A stretch of DNA of 64,000 nucleotides from Phormidium sp. (GCA_051013385.1 CP143273.1:1600001-1664000), one strand, 5' to 3'. Positions 50,972 to 61,626 are shown, counted from the stretch's first letter. Notes: generated by a model from the sequence alone, not told the origin. Numbers and translations: made by a program.

Positions 50972-51595
50972 ATGTCTTACGGAGATTTTACACTCAAAAA
51001 ACTGGAAACTCAATTTCAATTAATAATTATCGACCAAGCCGACTTATTCCCAAATATAGAACCCGTTAATCCTAGTCAACTATTACAAGAAACTTTAGCA
51101 GAAAATCTACCTCTGGCATTGGGAATTGATACGGAAAAAGCCAGATCAGAATTAATTTTCATGCCTGTTTTGGTTGAATTGCGGCGGCTTTTTAATCGCC
51201 AGATCAGTCTTTTTTCTGGTAGGGAGTTCAATATAGATTCTTCTGTTGGTCTTAATGGTACTTGCGATTTTATTATCAGTCATTCATCGCAACAATTATC
51301 TGTCAAAGCGCCAATTTTTACAGCTGTGGAAGCGAAAAATGATAATATTCGATCGGGCATTCCGCATTGCATTGCAGAAATGTTAGCAGCGCAAAAATTT
51401 AACGAACAAGAGAATAATAATATTCCTTGTATTTATGGTGCAGTAACAACAGGAAGTCTCTGGAAATTTATCAGGTTGGAAGCAACGACTGTTTATATTG
51501 AACTAAAGGAACATTTTATAGAAAATATTGCATCTCTTCTAGGGATTTTGTATAATATTGTTTCACTGACTCGACCAAATGAAAGAAATGCTTAG
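50972..51595 (+). CDS. PD-(D/E)XK-like hypothetical protein
   Basis: EKARSE, GTCDF, VEAK and GAVTTG..W motifs. Confidence 0.75.
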   Translation: MSYGDFTLKKLETQFQLIIIDQADLFPNIEPVNPSQLLQETLAENLPLALGIDTEKARSELIFMPVLVELRRLFNRQISLFSGREFNIDSSVGLNGTCDFIISHSSQQLSVKAPIFTAVEAKNDNIRSGIPHCIAEMLAAQKFNEQENNNIPCIYGAVTTGSLWKFIRLEATTVYIELKEHFIENIASLLGILYNIVSLTRPNERNA

Positions 51596-51612
51596 TTTTA
51601 ATGTATTTATTA

Positions 51613-52323
51613 TTAATACTTTAAATAAAATTCCTTGATTAAAGCCACAAATTCCGCGCTGTAACTATGTCTCGCTGTTTCTATTACTAGCGTACTTTCT
51701 TGATATTCCAATTCATTTTTACCCATTTCTAATAATATGCGTTTAATTGGGCTTTCTAAGGTTGATTTAACGTAGAGTTTACGCTGGCAATAAAACCCAA
51801 AGGTTTCGGCTTTTTCTTGAAAGGTTTGGGCTTGTTCGGTTGGATAAATTATGGCTAATCTGCCATCTTCACAAAGTAGCTTTTCGGCAATTTGTAATAT
51901 ATCAATTTGCTCAAGGTAATCGCTATGTCTCGCTATGGTTCTCGCTTTGATTGCGGCTTTAGAAGCGTTGGTGAAAAATGGGGGATTGGAAATTAACAAA
52001 TCGTAGCGTTTTGGGCAATTGATTGCGTAATTTTGGAGGGAATTATGATATATTTGAATGCGAGTTGACCAAGGGGAATTTTTGATATTTTCCCTGGCTT
52101 GATTACAGGCTTCTGAATCAATTTCTACTGCGTCAATTTGGGCGATCGAACGTTGGGCTAACATTAATGCTATTAAACCTGTTCCGGTGCCAATATCGAG
52201 GATTTGTTGGCTGTTTGTAATGTTTGCCCATGCACCTAACAAAACGCCATCTGTGCCGACTTTCATGGCACAACGATCGTGAAATACCGTAAATTTTTTA
52301 AAGCGAAAGTAAGGATTTGGCAT
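51613..52323 (-). CDS. tRNA1(Val) A37 N6-methyltransferase (TrmM/YfiC family)
   Basis: FRFKKF, MKVGTDGVLLGAW, LDIGTGTG and NPPF motifs. Confidence 0.92.
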   Translation of the reverse strand: MPNPYFRFKKFTVFHDRCAMKVGTDGVLLGAWANITNSQQILDIGTGTGLIALMLAQRSIAQIDAVEIDSEACNQARENIKNSPWSTRIQIYHNSLQNYAINCPKRYDLLISNPPFFTNASKAAIKARTIARHSDYLEQIDILQIAEKLLCEDGRLAIIYPTEQAQTFQEKAETFGFYCQRKLYVKSTLESPIKRILLEMGKNELEYQESTLVIETARHSYSAEFVALIKEFYLKY

Positions 52324-52329
52324 CAGGAT

Positions 52330-55300
52330 TTATGGGGAAGGAACATCGATAATGAAACGATTACGTCCGTTTGATTTGGCTTGGTAAAGGGCGCGATCGG
52401 CTGCTTCAATTAAAGCTAAAGGAACTGTTTCTAAATTGGGAAGTTTTGTGGCAATTCCGATACTGATAGTGACAAATTGTGAGATAGCAGAACCAATATG
52501 AGGCAGTTGCATTTCTTGGATAGCTTGATGAATTTTTTGAGCAACTTTTGCCGCAGCCTTACTATCAGTAAGAGGTAAAATAATAGCAAATTCTTCGCCA
52601 CCATAACGGGCTACTAAGTCGATCGGACGTTGTACTCCTTTTCTCAGGGCTTGGGCGACAAGTTGTAAACAAATATCTCCGGCAGTGTGTCCGTAGGTAT
52701 CATTATATTGTTTAAAATAATCAATGTCACAAAGGAGTAAAGATAAAGGTTGTTTTTCGCGGATTAAACGAGTCCATTCTTCGGAGAGTGTGCGATCGAA
52801 ACAGCGGCGATTAGCAACTTGGGTTAATTGATCGATTAAGGCTAAATTTTCTAACTGTTTGTTCGCCATTTGTAATTGTTGATGCAGTTCTGATTGTTGA
52901 ATTGCGATCGCTACTTGTGTCGCTAATTGTTGCAGTAATTCACTTTCCCAAGGATACCAATAACGTGGGGAACTACAATGATGCGCTACTAACAAACCCC
53001 AAAGATTATCACCTTGTAAAATAGGTACTACTAACTTAGCTCTTACTTGCAACCTTTCCATTAATTCTATGTGACAATCTGCAAATCCGGCATGATAAAT
53101 ATCGGGAGTGGCTTTAATTGTATTGTACTGATATGACTGCCCTTGTCTTTCTACAAAATAAGTATCTGTGATTTCCATATTCAGAATTTTTAACCAACCT
53201 TCTGCTACTGATTCTTTAACTACTATGCCACTCCAATCAGGATTAAAACGATAAATAATTACTCGCTCAGTTTGCAGAAAATGGCGCACTTCATCAACTG
53301 TTGTATTTAAAATTTGTTCTAAATCTAAAGATTGACGAATGCGTTGGGCGATCGCATAAATCATTCTTTCCCTTTCCGCTTGTTGTTTTAAAGTTTCTTC
53401 TGCTTGTTTGCGAATTGTGATATCAGTAAATGATGCGACTACAGCGTAAGGTTGGGTTTGATTTGGATGAAATAGGGGTTGGGAATTAATCGAAATCCAA
53501 CTCAAATTTCCATCAGGTTTGTGAACTCCCATGATAATATTAAATAGCGATTCTCCTGTGCGTAAAGTTACCATTGTTGGATGAGTTTCTCCCGGAAAAG
53601 GTGAACCATCTTCCTGTATTGCTTGCCATTGCGGATCGATCGAACTTCGCCCCATCATTTGATCGGCAGTTAACCCTAAAATTCTTTCTGCACTTTCGTT
53701 ACAAGCAGTAATTCTTCCATCAGCTTGCTGTAAAACAATACCTTCTGCCATCGTTGAAATTAAAGAACGATAACGTTCTTCACTTTCTCGCAAAGCTTCT
53801 TCTATAACTTTGCGTTCAGTGATATCAGTATTTGTCCCAATCATTCTTAAAGGATGACCATCTTTTGTGTACTCAATAACTTTACTCCGAGCTAAAATCC
53901 ATTTATAAGTTCCATCCTTACATTGAAGTCGGTATTCGTTAATGCACTGTTCTGTTTCCCCACGAAAATGCTGTTCAACTTCCTGAGAAAGTTGCTGAAT
54001 ATCATCAGGATGAACCAATTTTTCCCAATCATTTAAATTATTGCCAATTTCAGATTCGGCAAATCCCAGCATTTTTTTCCAGCTACAGGAGAGGAAAAGT
54101 TCATTTGTCTGAATATTCCAGTCCCAAACACCATCTCCGTTACCTTCTAAGGCATATTGCCAACGCGCTTCACTTTCTCGCAATGCTGCTTCTGCTTGGA
54201 TGCGATCGCTAATATTTTCCGCAAATGCAAAACTATATTCTTCATCATTAAACTGAACATAGTTAGCACTAATTTCCACCGGGAAAATCTGACCATTTTT
54301 TCTTTGATGTCGGGAAATGAAAGTAATATTTTGGCGTTGTTTAAGTGCTTGCCAACCTTTTGACCATAACTCCTGAGAAAAATCTGGATCGAAATCATAA
54401 ATGTACATTGATTCTAACTCAGTCCGAGAATAACCCAGCGATTCACAAGCAGCTTGATTGACGCGCAAAACTTTGCCATTTTTGTCCAGCCAAGTAGCTG
54501 CCAAAGCTAAAGATTCAAAGGAAAAATCAGTTAAGCGGAGAGATTTTTCTAACTGTTTACGCTGGCTAATATCTTCAAATATATATAATCTGCCAAAATA
54601 GCGATCGTAAATATCCCGAACTTGGCTAGAAAAGCGGCGAATTGTCCGCCCATCGACAAACAGAATCTCATCTTCAATTGTGATCCGGTTGTCTTCACTT
54701 TGCAACGGTTTACAACTTTCAGCAAAGGCGGGAACATCTGCAATTAACCGCACACAATCAGGAATAATATCATTATTTTTGATCTCACATCGCCCGATTT
54801 TCTCTGCTAAATGTTCAATTCCCCATATTTCGCAAAAGCGGTGATTAAAATATAAAATTTCATCGTTGCGGTTATTCACAACATAAAAGCCTAACTGAGA
54901 ACTATCAGTCATGGAACGCAAAAGTGCTTCCTGTCCCCGCAATTCTTCTTCAATACCTTGGTGTGCTTGGAAAATAATTTGTTCTCTTTCTAGGGATTTG
55001 TTTTGTTGTCGTAATTGCTGCTGAATTTCTAACTGTTGCAAAACAATTCCCAATTGTGCTCCAATCAATTGGAGAAATTTAATTTCCAAAGAATGCCAGT
55101 GGCGCGGACTGCTGCACTGATGCACAATTAGTAAACCCCAAATCTCAGGAGAAGCAGGTGCTTTTTCTGGCGGTTGTTGGCGCGTCAGCAAAATTGGTAC
55201 AACCAAATTCGCTCGGATTTGTAAACGGGTTAATAAATTTTTGTAACAAGGTTCTAGAGGTTGGGTATCAATGTCTTCTAAAATGCCAACTCGTCCTTGT

Positions 55301-55590
55301 CGATATTGCGCTATCCATTGGGCATTGAAGCAAGGATCGTAAATCAGTTTTCCCAAAATTGGCTGCCATTCTGGGCTTACAGACTCTTCTGCAACTACTC
55401 CATCTCCATCGGGTAGAAAGCGATAGATCACGACTCGATCGCTTGCCAACACTTGCCTAACTTCCTGCACCGTGAGGCTCAAAATCTCACTCAAGTCAAG
55501 ACACTGGTGAATTTGCAGAGTGAATTCTCTAACGCGATCGAGTATTTGCTCCAAGGCAACATCAGCACCAGACAGACGACTTATAAACAT
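52330..55590 (-). CDS. cyanobacteriochrome-type GAF-PAS-GAF diguanylate cyclase
   Basis: GAF1 DPCF...PCY, GAF2 DTYF...CH, and RPIDLVARYGGEEF. Confidence 0.9.
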   Translation of the reverse strand: MFISRLSGADVALEQILDRVREFTLQIHQCLDLSEILSLTVQEVRQVLASDRVVIYRFLPDGDGVVAEESVSPEWQPILGKLIYDPCFNAQWIAQYRQGRVGILEDIDTQPLEPCYKNLLTRLQIRANLVVPILLTRQQPPEKAPASPEIWGLLIVHQCSSPRHWHSLEIKFLQLIGAQLGIVLQQLEIQQQLRQQNKSLEREQIIFQAHQGIEEELRGQEALLRSMTDSSQLGFYVVNNRNDEILYFNHRFCEIWGIEHLAEKIGRCEIKNNDIIPDCVRLIADVPAFAESCKPLQSEDNRITIEDEILFVDGRTIRRFSSQVRDIYDRYFGRLYIFEDISQRKQLEKSLRLTDFSFESLALAATWLDKNGKVLRVNQAACESLGYSRTELESMYIYDFDPDFSQELWSKGWQALKQRQNITFISRHQRKNGQIFPVEISANYVQFNDEEYSFAFAENISDRIQAEAALRESEARWQYALEGNGDGVWDWNIQTNELFLSCSWKKMLGFAESEIGNNLNDWEKLVHPDDIQQLSQEVEQHFRGETEQCINEYRLQCKDGTYKWILARSKVIEYTKDGHPLRMIGTNTDITERKVIEEALRESEERYRSLISTMAEGIVLQQADGRITACNESAERILGLTADQMMGRSSIDPQWQAIQEDGSPFPGETHPTMVTLRTGESLFNIIMGVHKPDGNLSWISINSQPLFHPNQTQPYAVVASFTDITIRKQAEETLKQQAERERMIYAIAQRIRQSLDLEQILNTTVDEVRHFLQTERVIIYRFNPDWSGIVVKESVAEGWLKILNMEITDTYFVERQGQSYQYNTIKATPDIYHAGFADCHIELMERLQVRAKLVVPILQGDNLWGLLVAHHCSSPRYWYPWESELLQQLATQVAIAIQQSELHQQLQMANKQLENLALIDQLTQVANRRCFDRTLSEEWTRLIREKQPLSLLLCDIDYFKQYNDTYGHTAGDICLQLVAQALRKGVQRPIDLVARYGGEEFAIILPLTDSKAAAKVAQKIHQAIQEMQLPHIGSAISQFVTISIGIATKLPNLETVPLALIEAADRALYQAKSNGRNRFIIDVPSP

Positions 55591-55763
55591 AGCGTAAATT
55601 GTAGTGACTAACGTACTATTTAATACAATTTTTTACGATAAACCTTAGCGATTCCAGATTAAACACAAAACAACACAGAACTTACTTAAATTTCACAAGC
55701 GATCGTAGATCTGCGATGTAAACTAATTGCTACATAATATAATCTACAACTTTGATAACCACA

Positions 55764-56036
55764 ATGAATCAAAACAACCAACGTGCCTATTGGCGAGCAA
55801 ATACAGCGTTGATTCGCAACTTATTAATAATTTGGGCTGTAGTTTCCTTTGGATTGAGCATATTATTCGTCCAACCTCTCAACAACTTCAGGTTTGGTAG
55901 TGTTCCTTTAGGATTTTGGATTGCCCAACAAGGTTCGATTTACGTATTTGTGGCATTAATTTTTTACTACGCTTACCGAATGGACAAACTCGATCGCAAA
56001 TATCTGAAAAAGAACAATGATTCGCAACAGGACTAG
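55764..56036 (+). CDS. small membrane subunit of solute:sodium symporter (DUF4212-like)
   Basis: AYWRAN and PLGFWIAQQGSI motifs. Confidence 0.88.
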   Translation: MNQNNQRAYWRANTALIRNLLIIWAVVSFGLSILFVQPLNNFRFGSVPLGFWIAQQGSIYVFVALIFYYAYRMDKLDRKYLKKNNDSQQD

Positions 56037-56122
56037 GAACTGGGGACTGGGGACTAGGAGAAGTCTTAATGACAAATGACAAATGACAAATGACCAATTA
56101 CCCAAATCTTTGAGGTTTAATA

Positions 56123-57811
56123 ATGTCAGCAGAAGTTTGGACGACTGTACTCGTCATCATTTCATTTATTGTCTACATATATATAGGATGGCACTCGCGA
56201 GTTAAAGATACCAAAGGCTTTTTTGTTGCCGATCAAGGTGTGCCTTCCTTAGCAAATGGGGCGGCGACTGCTGCTGATTGGATGTCTGCCGCTTCCTTTA
56301 TTTCAATGGCGGGAATTATTTCCTTTTTAGGTTACGATGGTTCGATTTTTTTGATGGGTTGGACTGGGGGTTATGTGTTGCTGGCGCTGTTGTTAGCACC
56401 TTATCTTCGCAAGTTTGGGAAATATACTGTGCCGGATTTTGTTGGCGATCGCTATTACTCTAATGTCGCTCGTTTAGTAGCAGTAATTGCGGCAATTTTC
56501 GTGTCTTTAACTTATGTTGCCGGACAAATGCGGGGAGTGGGAATTGTGTTTAGCCGCTTTCTGCAAGTAGATATCAATACCGGAGTGGTTATTGGCATGG
56601 TAATTGTTGCCTTTTTCGCCATTTTAGGAGGCATGAAAGGCATTACTTGGACTCAGGTTGCCCAATATATTGTGTTAATTGTGGCTTATTTGATTCCCGC
56701 GATCGCAATTTCCATGTTGCTCACAAATAATCCAATTCCGCAACTCAGTTTCACCTTCAGCGATATCATTGAAAGACTCAACACCATCCAAACTGATTTA
56801 GGTTTTCCCGCTTACACCCAACCTTTTGCTAACAAACCAATGATTGATGTGTTGTTCTTCACTATTACCTTAATGGTGGGAACAGCTGGTTTACCGCACA
56901 TTATCGTCAGGTTTTACACAGTTCCCGATGTGAGAGCGGCTCGTTGGTCGGCTGGTTGGGCGTTGTTGTTCATTGCTATTCTTTATACTACCGCCCCAGC
57001 TTTGGCATCTTTTGCCCGTTACAACTTAATTGATAGCTTGAATAACAAAACCGTTGCGGAAGTGCAACAACTCGACTGGGTAAGAAAGTGGGAAAATACC
57101 GGATTATTGAAGTTTGAGGACAAAAACAACGATGGGCGCTTTCAATTAACACCGGACAAAAAAACCAGTGAAATTACGATCGATCGCGATATCGTAGTAC
57201 TCTCCACCCCAGAAGTTGCCAAACTCGCCCCTTGGGTAATCGCCCTCGTCGCCGCAGGTGGATTAGCAGCAGCTTTATCAACAGCTTCCGGGTTGTTGTT
57301 GGTGATTTCCAGTTCGATCGCCCATGATGTTTATTATCGGATGATCGATCCGGGTGCTTCCGAATCAAAGCGGCTATTTGTCGGTAGAGTAATTGTGGGA
57401 ATTGCGATCGTTGTTGCTGGTTATTTTGGCATTAATCCGCCCGGATTTGTGGCAGAAGTAGTTGCCCTTGCCTTTGGGTTAGCAGCAGCCAGCTTTTTCC
57501 CGATCATAGTATTGGGTGTGTTTGACAAAAGGACTAATCGGGAAGGTGCGATCGCAGGGATGATAGTCGGTTTAGTCATCACCACCATCTACATCTTTAG
57601 CGTCAAATTCGGCGGAATGCAACCTTGGTTCGGCATTTCCGCAGAAGGATTCGGCACAGTCGGCATGATACTCAATTTCATCGTCACTTTAGCCGTTTCC
57701 CGCTTCACTCCCCCACCCCCCGCAGAAGTACAAGCATTGGTAGAAGAGTTGCGAACCCCAGAACATGAACCCCCAGCATTGCCTGACATTGGCGAAGAAC
57801 AATTAGATTAG
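56123..57811 (+). CDS. actP: cation/acetate symporter (SSS family)
   Basis: AADWMSAASF, GGMKGITWTQ and GTAGLPH motifs. Confidence 0.88.
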   Translation: MSAEVWTTVLVIISFIVYIYIGWHSRVKDTKGFFVADQGVPSLANGAATAADWMSAASFISMAGIISFLGYDGSIFLMGWTGGYVLLALLLAPYLRKFGKYTVPDFVGDRYYSNVARLVAVIAAIFVSLTYVAGQMRGVGIVFSRFLQVDINTGVVIGMVIVAFFAILGGMKGITWTQVAQYIVLIVAYLIPAIAISMLLTNNPIPQLSFTFSDIIERLNTIQTDLGFPAYTQPFANKPMIDVLFFTITLMVGTAGLPHIIVRFYTVPDVRAARWSAGWALLFIAILYTTAPALASFARYNLIDSLNNKTVAEVQQLDWVRKWENTGLLKFEDKNNDGRFQLTPDKKTSEITIDRDIVVLSTPEVAKLAPWVIALVAAGGLAAALSTASGLLLVISSSIAHDVYYRMIDPGASESKRLFVGRVIVGIAIVVAGYFGINPPGFVAEVVALAFGLAAASFFPIIVLGVFDKRTNREGAIAGMIVGLVITTIYIFSVKFGGMQPWFGISAEGFGTVGMILNFIVTLAVSRFTPPPPAEVQALVEELRTPEHEPPALPDIGEEQLD

Positions 57812-57849
57812 GCATTGGGGACTGGGGACTAGGGACTAGGATTTCTGAT

Positions 57850-57877
57850 GTAGAGACGTTATATATAACGTCTCTAC
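57850..57877. repeat. GTAG-type palindrome
   Basis: GTAGAGACGTTATATATAACGTCTCTAC. Confidence 0.8.
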
Positions 57878-57996
57878 AAACTTTTGGATTAAGGATAATC
57901 TGGCTAATTACTAAAGTGTAAGGTTAACCTTACATCTGTGTTAATCTGTGGTTAAAAAAATCCTCAGTACGTAGTTGCGCTTTAGCGCTAAAAATT

Positions 57997-58236
57997 ATGA
58001 GCATAGAACAGTTAGTAATCCAAAAATTAAAAACTCTTTCCCCTGAAAAACAGCAAGAAGTATTAGATTTTGTAGAATTTTTACAATCTAAGACTTTGCC
58101 AGATGAATCTTCTAATCAACAGTTAAGCGAATCTGCTTCTTTTTTGACCCTTGCCCAAAAATGGGTGGGTTGTGTTGATGCACCAAGCGATCTTTCTACT
58201 AACAAAAAGTATCTGGATGGGTATGGAAACGAATGA
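57997..58236 (+). CDS. DUF2281-like antitoxin
   Basis: L..EKQQEVLDFVEFL and DLSTNK.YL.G motifs; ATGA overlap with the PIN gene. Confidence 0.85.
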   Translation: MSIEQLVIQKLKTLSPEKQQEVLDFVEFLQSKTLPDESSNQQLSESASFLTLAQKWVGCVDAPSDLSTNKKYLDGYGNE

Positions 58237-58655
58237 GGCAGCGTATATTGTTAGATACTGGCCCTTTGGTGGCTTCTCTCAATCGTCGAGACAAATTTCA
58301 TCAATGGGTAACGACAGAGTTAACAACAATTAAAGCGCCTTTATTGACTTGTGAGGCAGTACTTTCAGAAGCTTGTTTTCTCTTGCGAAATTTTTACCCA
58401 GGACAGCAGGCGGCGATCGCTTTAGTTAACAGCGGACTCATTCAAATACCCTTCTGCTTGCAAGAAGAAGCTGATATTATTAGTGAACTAATGACTCGTT
58501 ACCAGTCTGTACCAATGTCTTTGGCTGATGCTTGTTTAGTGCGGATGGCTGAACAGTATTCTGGAAGTACTATTTTAACTTTCGATCGCGATTTTTTAAT
58601 TTATCGCAAGAATAGAAATGAAGCAATTCCTTTGATTATGCCAGAAAATGCTTAA
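58233..58655 (+). CDS. PIN-domain (VapC-like) toxin
   Basis: LLDTGPL, SLADA and TFDRDF motifs. Confidence 0.92.
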   Translation: MRQRILLDTGPLVASLNRRDKFHQWVTTELTTIKAPLLTCEAVLSEACFLLRNFYPGQQAAIALVNSGLIQIPFCLQEEADIISELMTRYQSVPMSLADACLVRMAEQYSGSTILTFDRDFLIYRKNRNEAIPLIMPENA

Positions 58656-58658
58656 TGA

Positions 58659-61190
58659 CTAATTATGCTCCCATTCTCTCGCGATTCTTTCTAAGTCTTT
58701 TGCTGCACCTAATTGTTGAAAGATTTGATGGGCGGTGTTGTAATGTTGTTGGGCGAGTTCGGTGTTATTGCGCTGACGATAAAGTTGAGCTAAATCGTAG
58801 TTAGTTTCGGCAATACTCTTTTGTATTTGTAACTCTTCAAACATCGATAATGCTTTAATTAACAGATCTTTTGCTGTTTCAAAGTCGCCTTGAATAATTC
58901 TTATTTTTCCCAAAGCAGCCATTGCTATTGCTACAACCTCTAAACTGAATTCAGTGGTATTACGCTCAATGATATCCTCATATACTTTTTCAATAGAATT
59001 TTTTACTTGCCTTAATGGATTAAGAAGTTGTTCGTGAACTTTGTTTTTTTGATATTCTAAATTTTCAATATTTTTATCGTAAGTATCATTATTGCCTACT
59101 TTTTTAGAGAAATCATTGGTTTGCTCTTCTTCTACCCTATAAGCTTCTTGTAGCATTTCATCTGCTTTTATCTTAAACAGTGACATCTTAATTATTTGAG
59201 TCTGAACACAGTCTTCATCTTTTATCAAAGCTAAGGCTTCATTAAAGTATTTTTTAGCAAGATCTAACTCGCCTAAATCTAGATATAGTAGTCCTATTGC
59301 GTCCAAACATTTCAGACGAAGGTTGCCAGTAATATGAGGTAAAATTTCTTCATATAATACTTTTAATGAATTCCAGTAGCCCCAACGTCTAAGATATTTG
59401 TCTATTGTTGTTAACAATAAAGATGCTGCAACGTTATAGCGTTCCAACAACCAGGAAAAAAAGAAAGCTTGTAAGATAGGCTGCAATTCATCTATATTCT
59501 TAAAATTTTCGACGTTTCTACCTGATAGATAAAATGAGTAGGCACTTTTGAATGGATTGAGTAACTCGTATCGGTATTCTTCTTGCAGAAACTCCACGAT
59601 TACCCGATGCAAATCGTAAAATAATTCACATTTATCTTCATCATAGTGTTCTTGAACCAAACTGCTATCGACTAATCGTTCTAAAATGGCTTCTGTTTCC
59701 TCAATTTCCTCATCTGTAAATTCTGCTGGTTCTCCTGAATTCGCTGCTGCTAATAAACGTCGATCTTTTTCTTCATCACCAGTATATAACCGCAAAAAAG
59801 TCAAACCTGGAACATCAATAGGAACGCGCAAAACACACATCCGCTTGAGTAAATCTCGCGCCGCAGCACTTTGCCTTGCCAACTGTTCAGTTAAAATCGG
59901 TTCAGCTTTTTTCGTCACCAATTCGGGATGCTTCCGCAGAAATCCAGGTTTACCTTTACCAATAGCCGCGAGTTGGGTTAACAAAAAAACATGACCTTCA
60001 ACCCGAAGCGAAACCCACTCTAAATCAGATAAATTATCCCGCAATTGGCGCTGTTGCAAAATCTCCACACCCGCCTCAATATCCACACCCGTTAATGTTT
60101 CGATATGCACCAATTCCGAATCAGGTTCCGCCCCATCATAGCGGGAATCAGCCAAATCTGCCGGAACTTCCCGACTAGTTAAAATAGTTTGGGAACAATG
60201 CTGCTGATAAACCAAAGCATTTAACAATTTACCCCAATCCGGCGCAATAGCTTTTCCCCCTTGGGAATCATTAGCTGGGTGCAAAATAGTTTCCAGGTTA
60301 TCCAACAGCAAAAGACAGCGAATTTCTGCCAAACCTGCAATAATTCTCCCAATTTTTTCCTCAGCACTTTTCAAAGTTTCCGCCGTTTCAATTCCCAACC
60401 CATCTAACAGAAACTCCGCCACATCATCAAAACTAGTCCCCTCCTGCACCTTAAAATACATCACACAATCATAAAGACAATTTCCCACAATTCCCCCCTT
60501 ATTAAGGGGGGCTAGGGGGGATCTCAAATTAACCCCAATAACCTCCAAAAGTTTCACCGCCAAACTAGTTTTACCAATACCCCCTTGTCCAATTATTGCT
60601 AATACCTTGGGTGAACTCGTCAAAGAATCAGTTTCTAAACCCGTTAATTTAGCCTTTAATTTCTCCAGCAACTCATCCCGCCCCTTCCAAACAGGTACAC
60701 TAGGAATTGCTGCTAACCCGATAACCCGCTTTTCTGTCACAGGTTCGGCATTTTCTTTGCCATTAATTTCAACAGTGGAAGAAGGTTGGCAATTACAAAA
60801 TTCTGCCAACTTTCGCAAATTCTCGTCTTTGTCTTTACTCCAAAGTTTTAGGGTAAAACTCCACTGGCTGTTACCCCGTGTTGCAGATGGAGGGCGGTGA
60901 TCCTCTAAAATTTTCAGACGATCTCTGAGATAGTCGGTTAACACCTCACCGATATACAACCGAGTTTGTTTGTCTGATGTTTTTTCGGTTGGTTTAAACC
61001 CATCTTTACCCCGCAGCAGGTATTGCAACGCTACCAAAGTAGCTTTAACGCTTAAGTCTGTGCTGTTGTCTTTCCAACTGGCGTGAAGTTTGGAGATGCG
61101 ATCGCTATCATTCAAAGCATAATCTAGCAATGCTTCAACCAATTGCCTGATTCGCTTTATTGATTTATCGCCAAAACCTTGGTTAGGCAT
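58659..61190 (-). CDS. STAND (NB-ARC) NTPase with C-terminal TPRs and uncharacterised N-terminal domain
   Basis: GQGGIGKT, LLLDNLE and LTSRE motifs; TPR-like C-terminus. Confidence 0.9.
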   Translation of the reverse strand: MPNQGFGDKSIKRIRQLVEALLDYALNDSDRISKLHASWKDNSTDLSVKATLVALQYLLRGKDGFKPTEKTSDKQTRLYIGEVLTDYLRDRLKILEDHRPPSATRGNSQWSFTLKLWSKDKDENLRKLAEFCNCQPSSTVEINGKENAEPVTEKRVIGLAAIPSVPVWKGRDELLEKLKAKLTGLETDSLTSSPKVLAIIGQGGIGKTSLAVKLLEVIGVNLRSPLAPLNKGGIVGNCLYDCVMYFKVQEGTSFDDVAEFLLDGLGIETAETLKSAEEKIGRIIAGLAEIRCLLLLDNLETILHPANDSQGGKAIAPDWGKLLNALVYQQHCSQTILTSREVPADLADSRYDGAEPDSELVHIETLTGVDIEAGVEILQQRQLRDNLSDLEWVSLRVEGHVFLLTQLAAIGKGKPGFLRKHPELVTKKAEPILTEQLARQSAAARDLLKRMCVLRVPIDVPGLTFLRLYTGDEEKDRRLLAAANSGEPAEFTDEEIEETEAILERLVDSSLVQEHYDEDKCELFYDLHRVIVEFLQEEYRYELLNPFKSAYSFYLSGRNVENFKNIDELQPILQAFFFSWLLERYNVAASLLLTTIDKYLRRWGYWNSLKVLYEEILPHITGNLRLKCLDAIGLLYLDLGELDLAKKYFNEALALIKDEDCVQTQIIKMSLFKIKADEMLQEAYRVEEEQTNDFSKKVGNNDTYDKNIENLEYQKNKVHEQLLNPLRQVKNSIEKVYEDIIERNTTEFSLEVVAIAMAALGKIRIIQGDFETAKDLLIKALSMFEELQIQKSIAETNYDLAQLYRQRNNTELAQQHYNTAHQIFQQLGAAKDLERIAREWEHN

Positions 61191-61354
61191 AAGTAAGAAA
61201 TTTTGCCAAAAAGTGTCGGGAAAGTTTCGGGATTCCCGATACCGAATAAACCTCCCGAAACTCCCTAAAGCCGATTATAACTCAGCCTCAGCCGTTCCTT
61301 AAATTAGGTGATACCGAAATTCCAAACTCAAAATCACAGAGTTTGGAAGAGTTT

Positions 61355-61618
61355 ATGAAGTTATCCAATCAGCATAAATTAATGATTCTAGAGGCTACTG
61401 GTTCGGTCATAATTGGTTTAATTAATACCACTGCTGGAATTATCTTTACTATCGGAGTCGTAGGGTTACATTTACGGTTTGACAACAAGATACAACCATC
61501 TCGTTGTCCATTAGAACAAACATTAAAAAATCAGTTGATTCAACCACAATTGAACCAATGTAAAGATTGCCCTCTGCTTAAGGCTTTAAATCAAAAAAAA
61601 CGTAGTAAGCATAAATAG
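61355..61618 (+). CDS. small hypothetical membrane protein
   Basis: Hydrophobic segment and CKDC; divergent from the STAND gene. Confidence 0.5.
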   Translation: MKLSNQHKLMILEATGSVIIGLINTTAGIIFTIGVVGLHLRFDNKIQPSRCPLEQTLKNQLIQPQLNQCKDCPLLKALNQKKRSKHK

Positions 61619-61626
61619 CCAATGCT

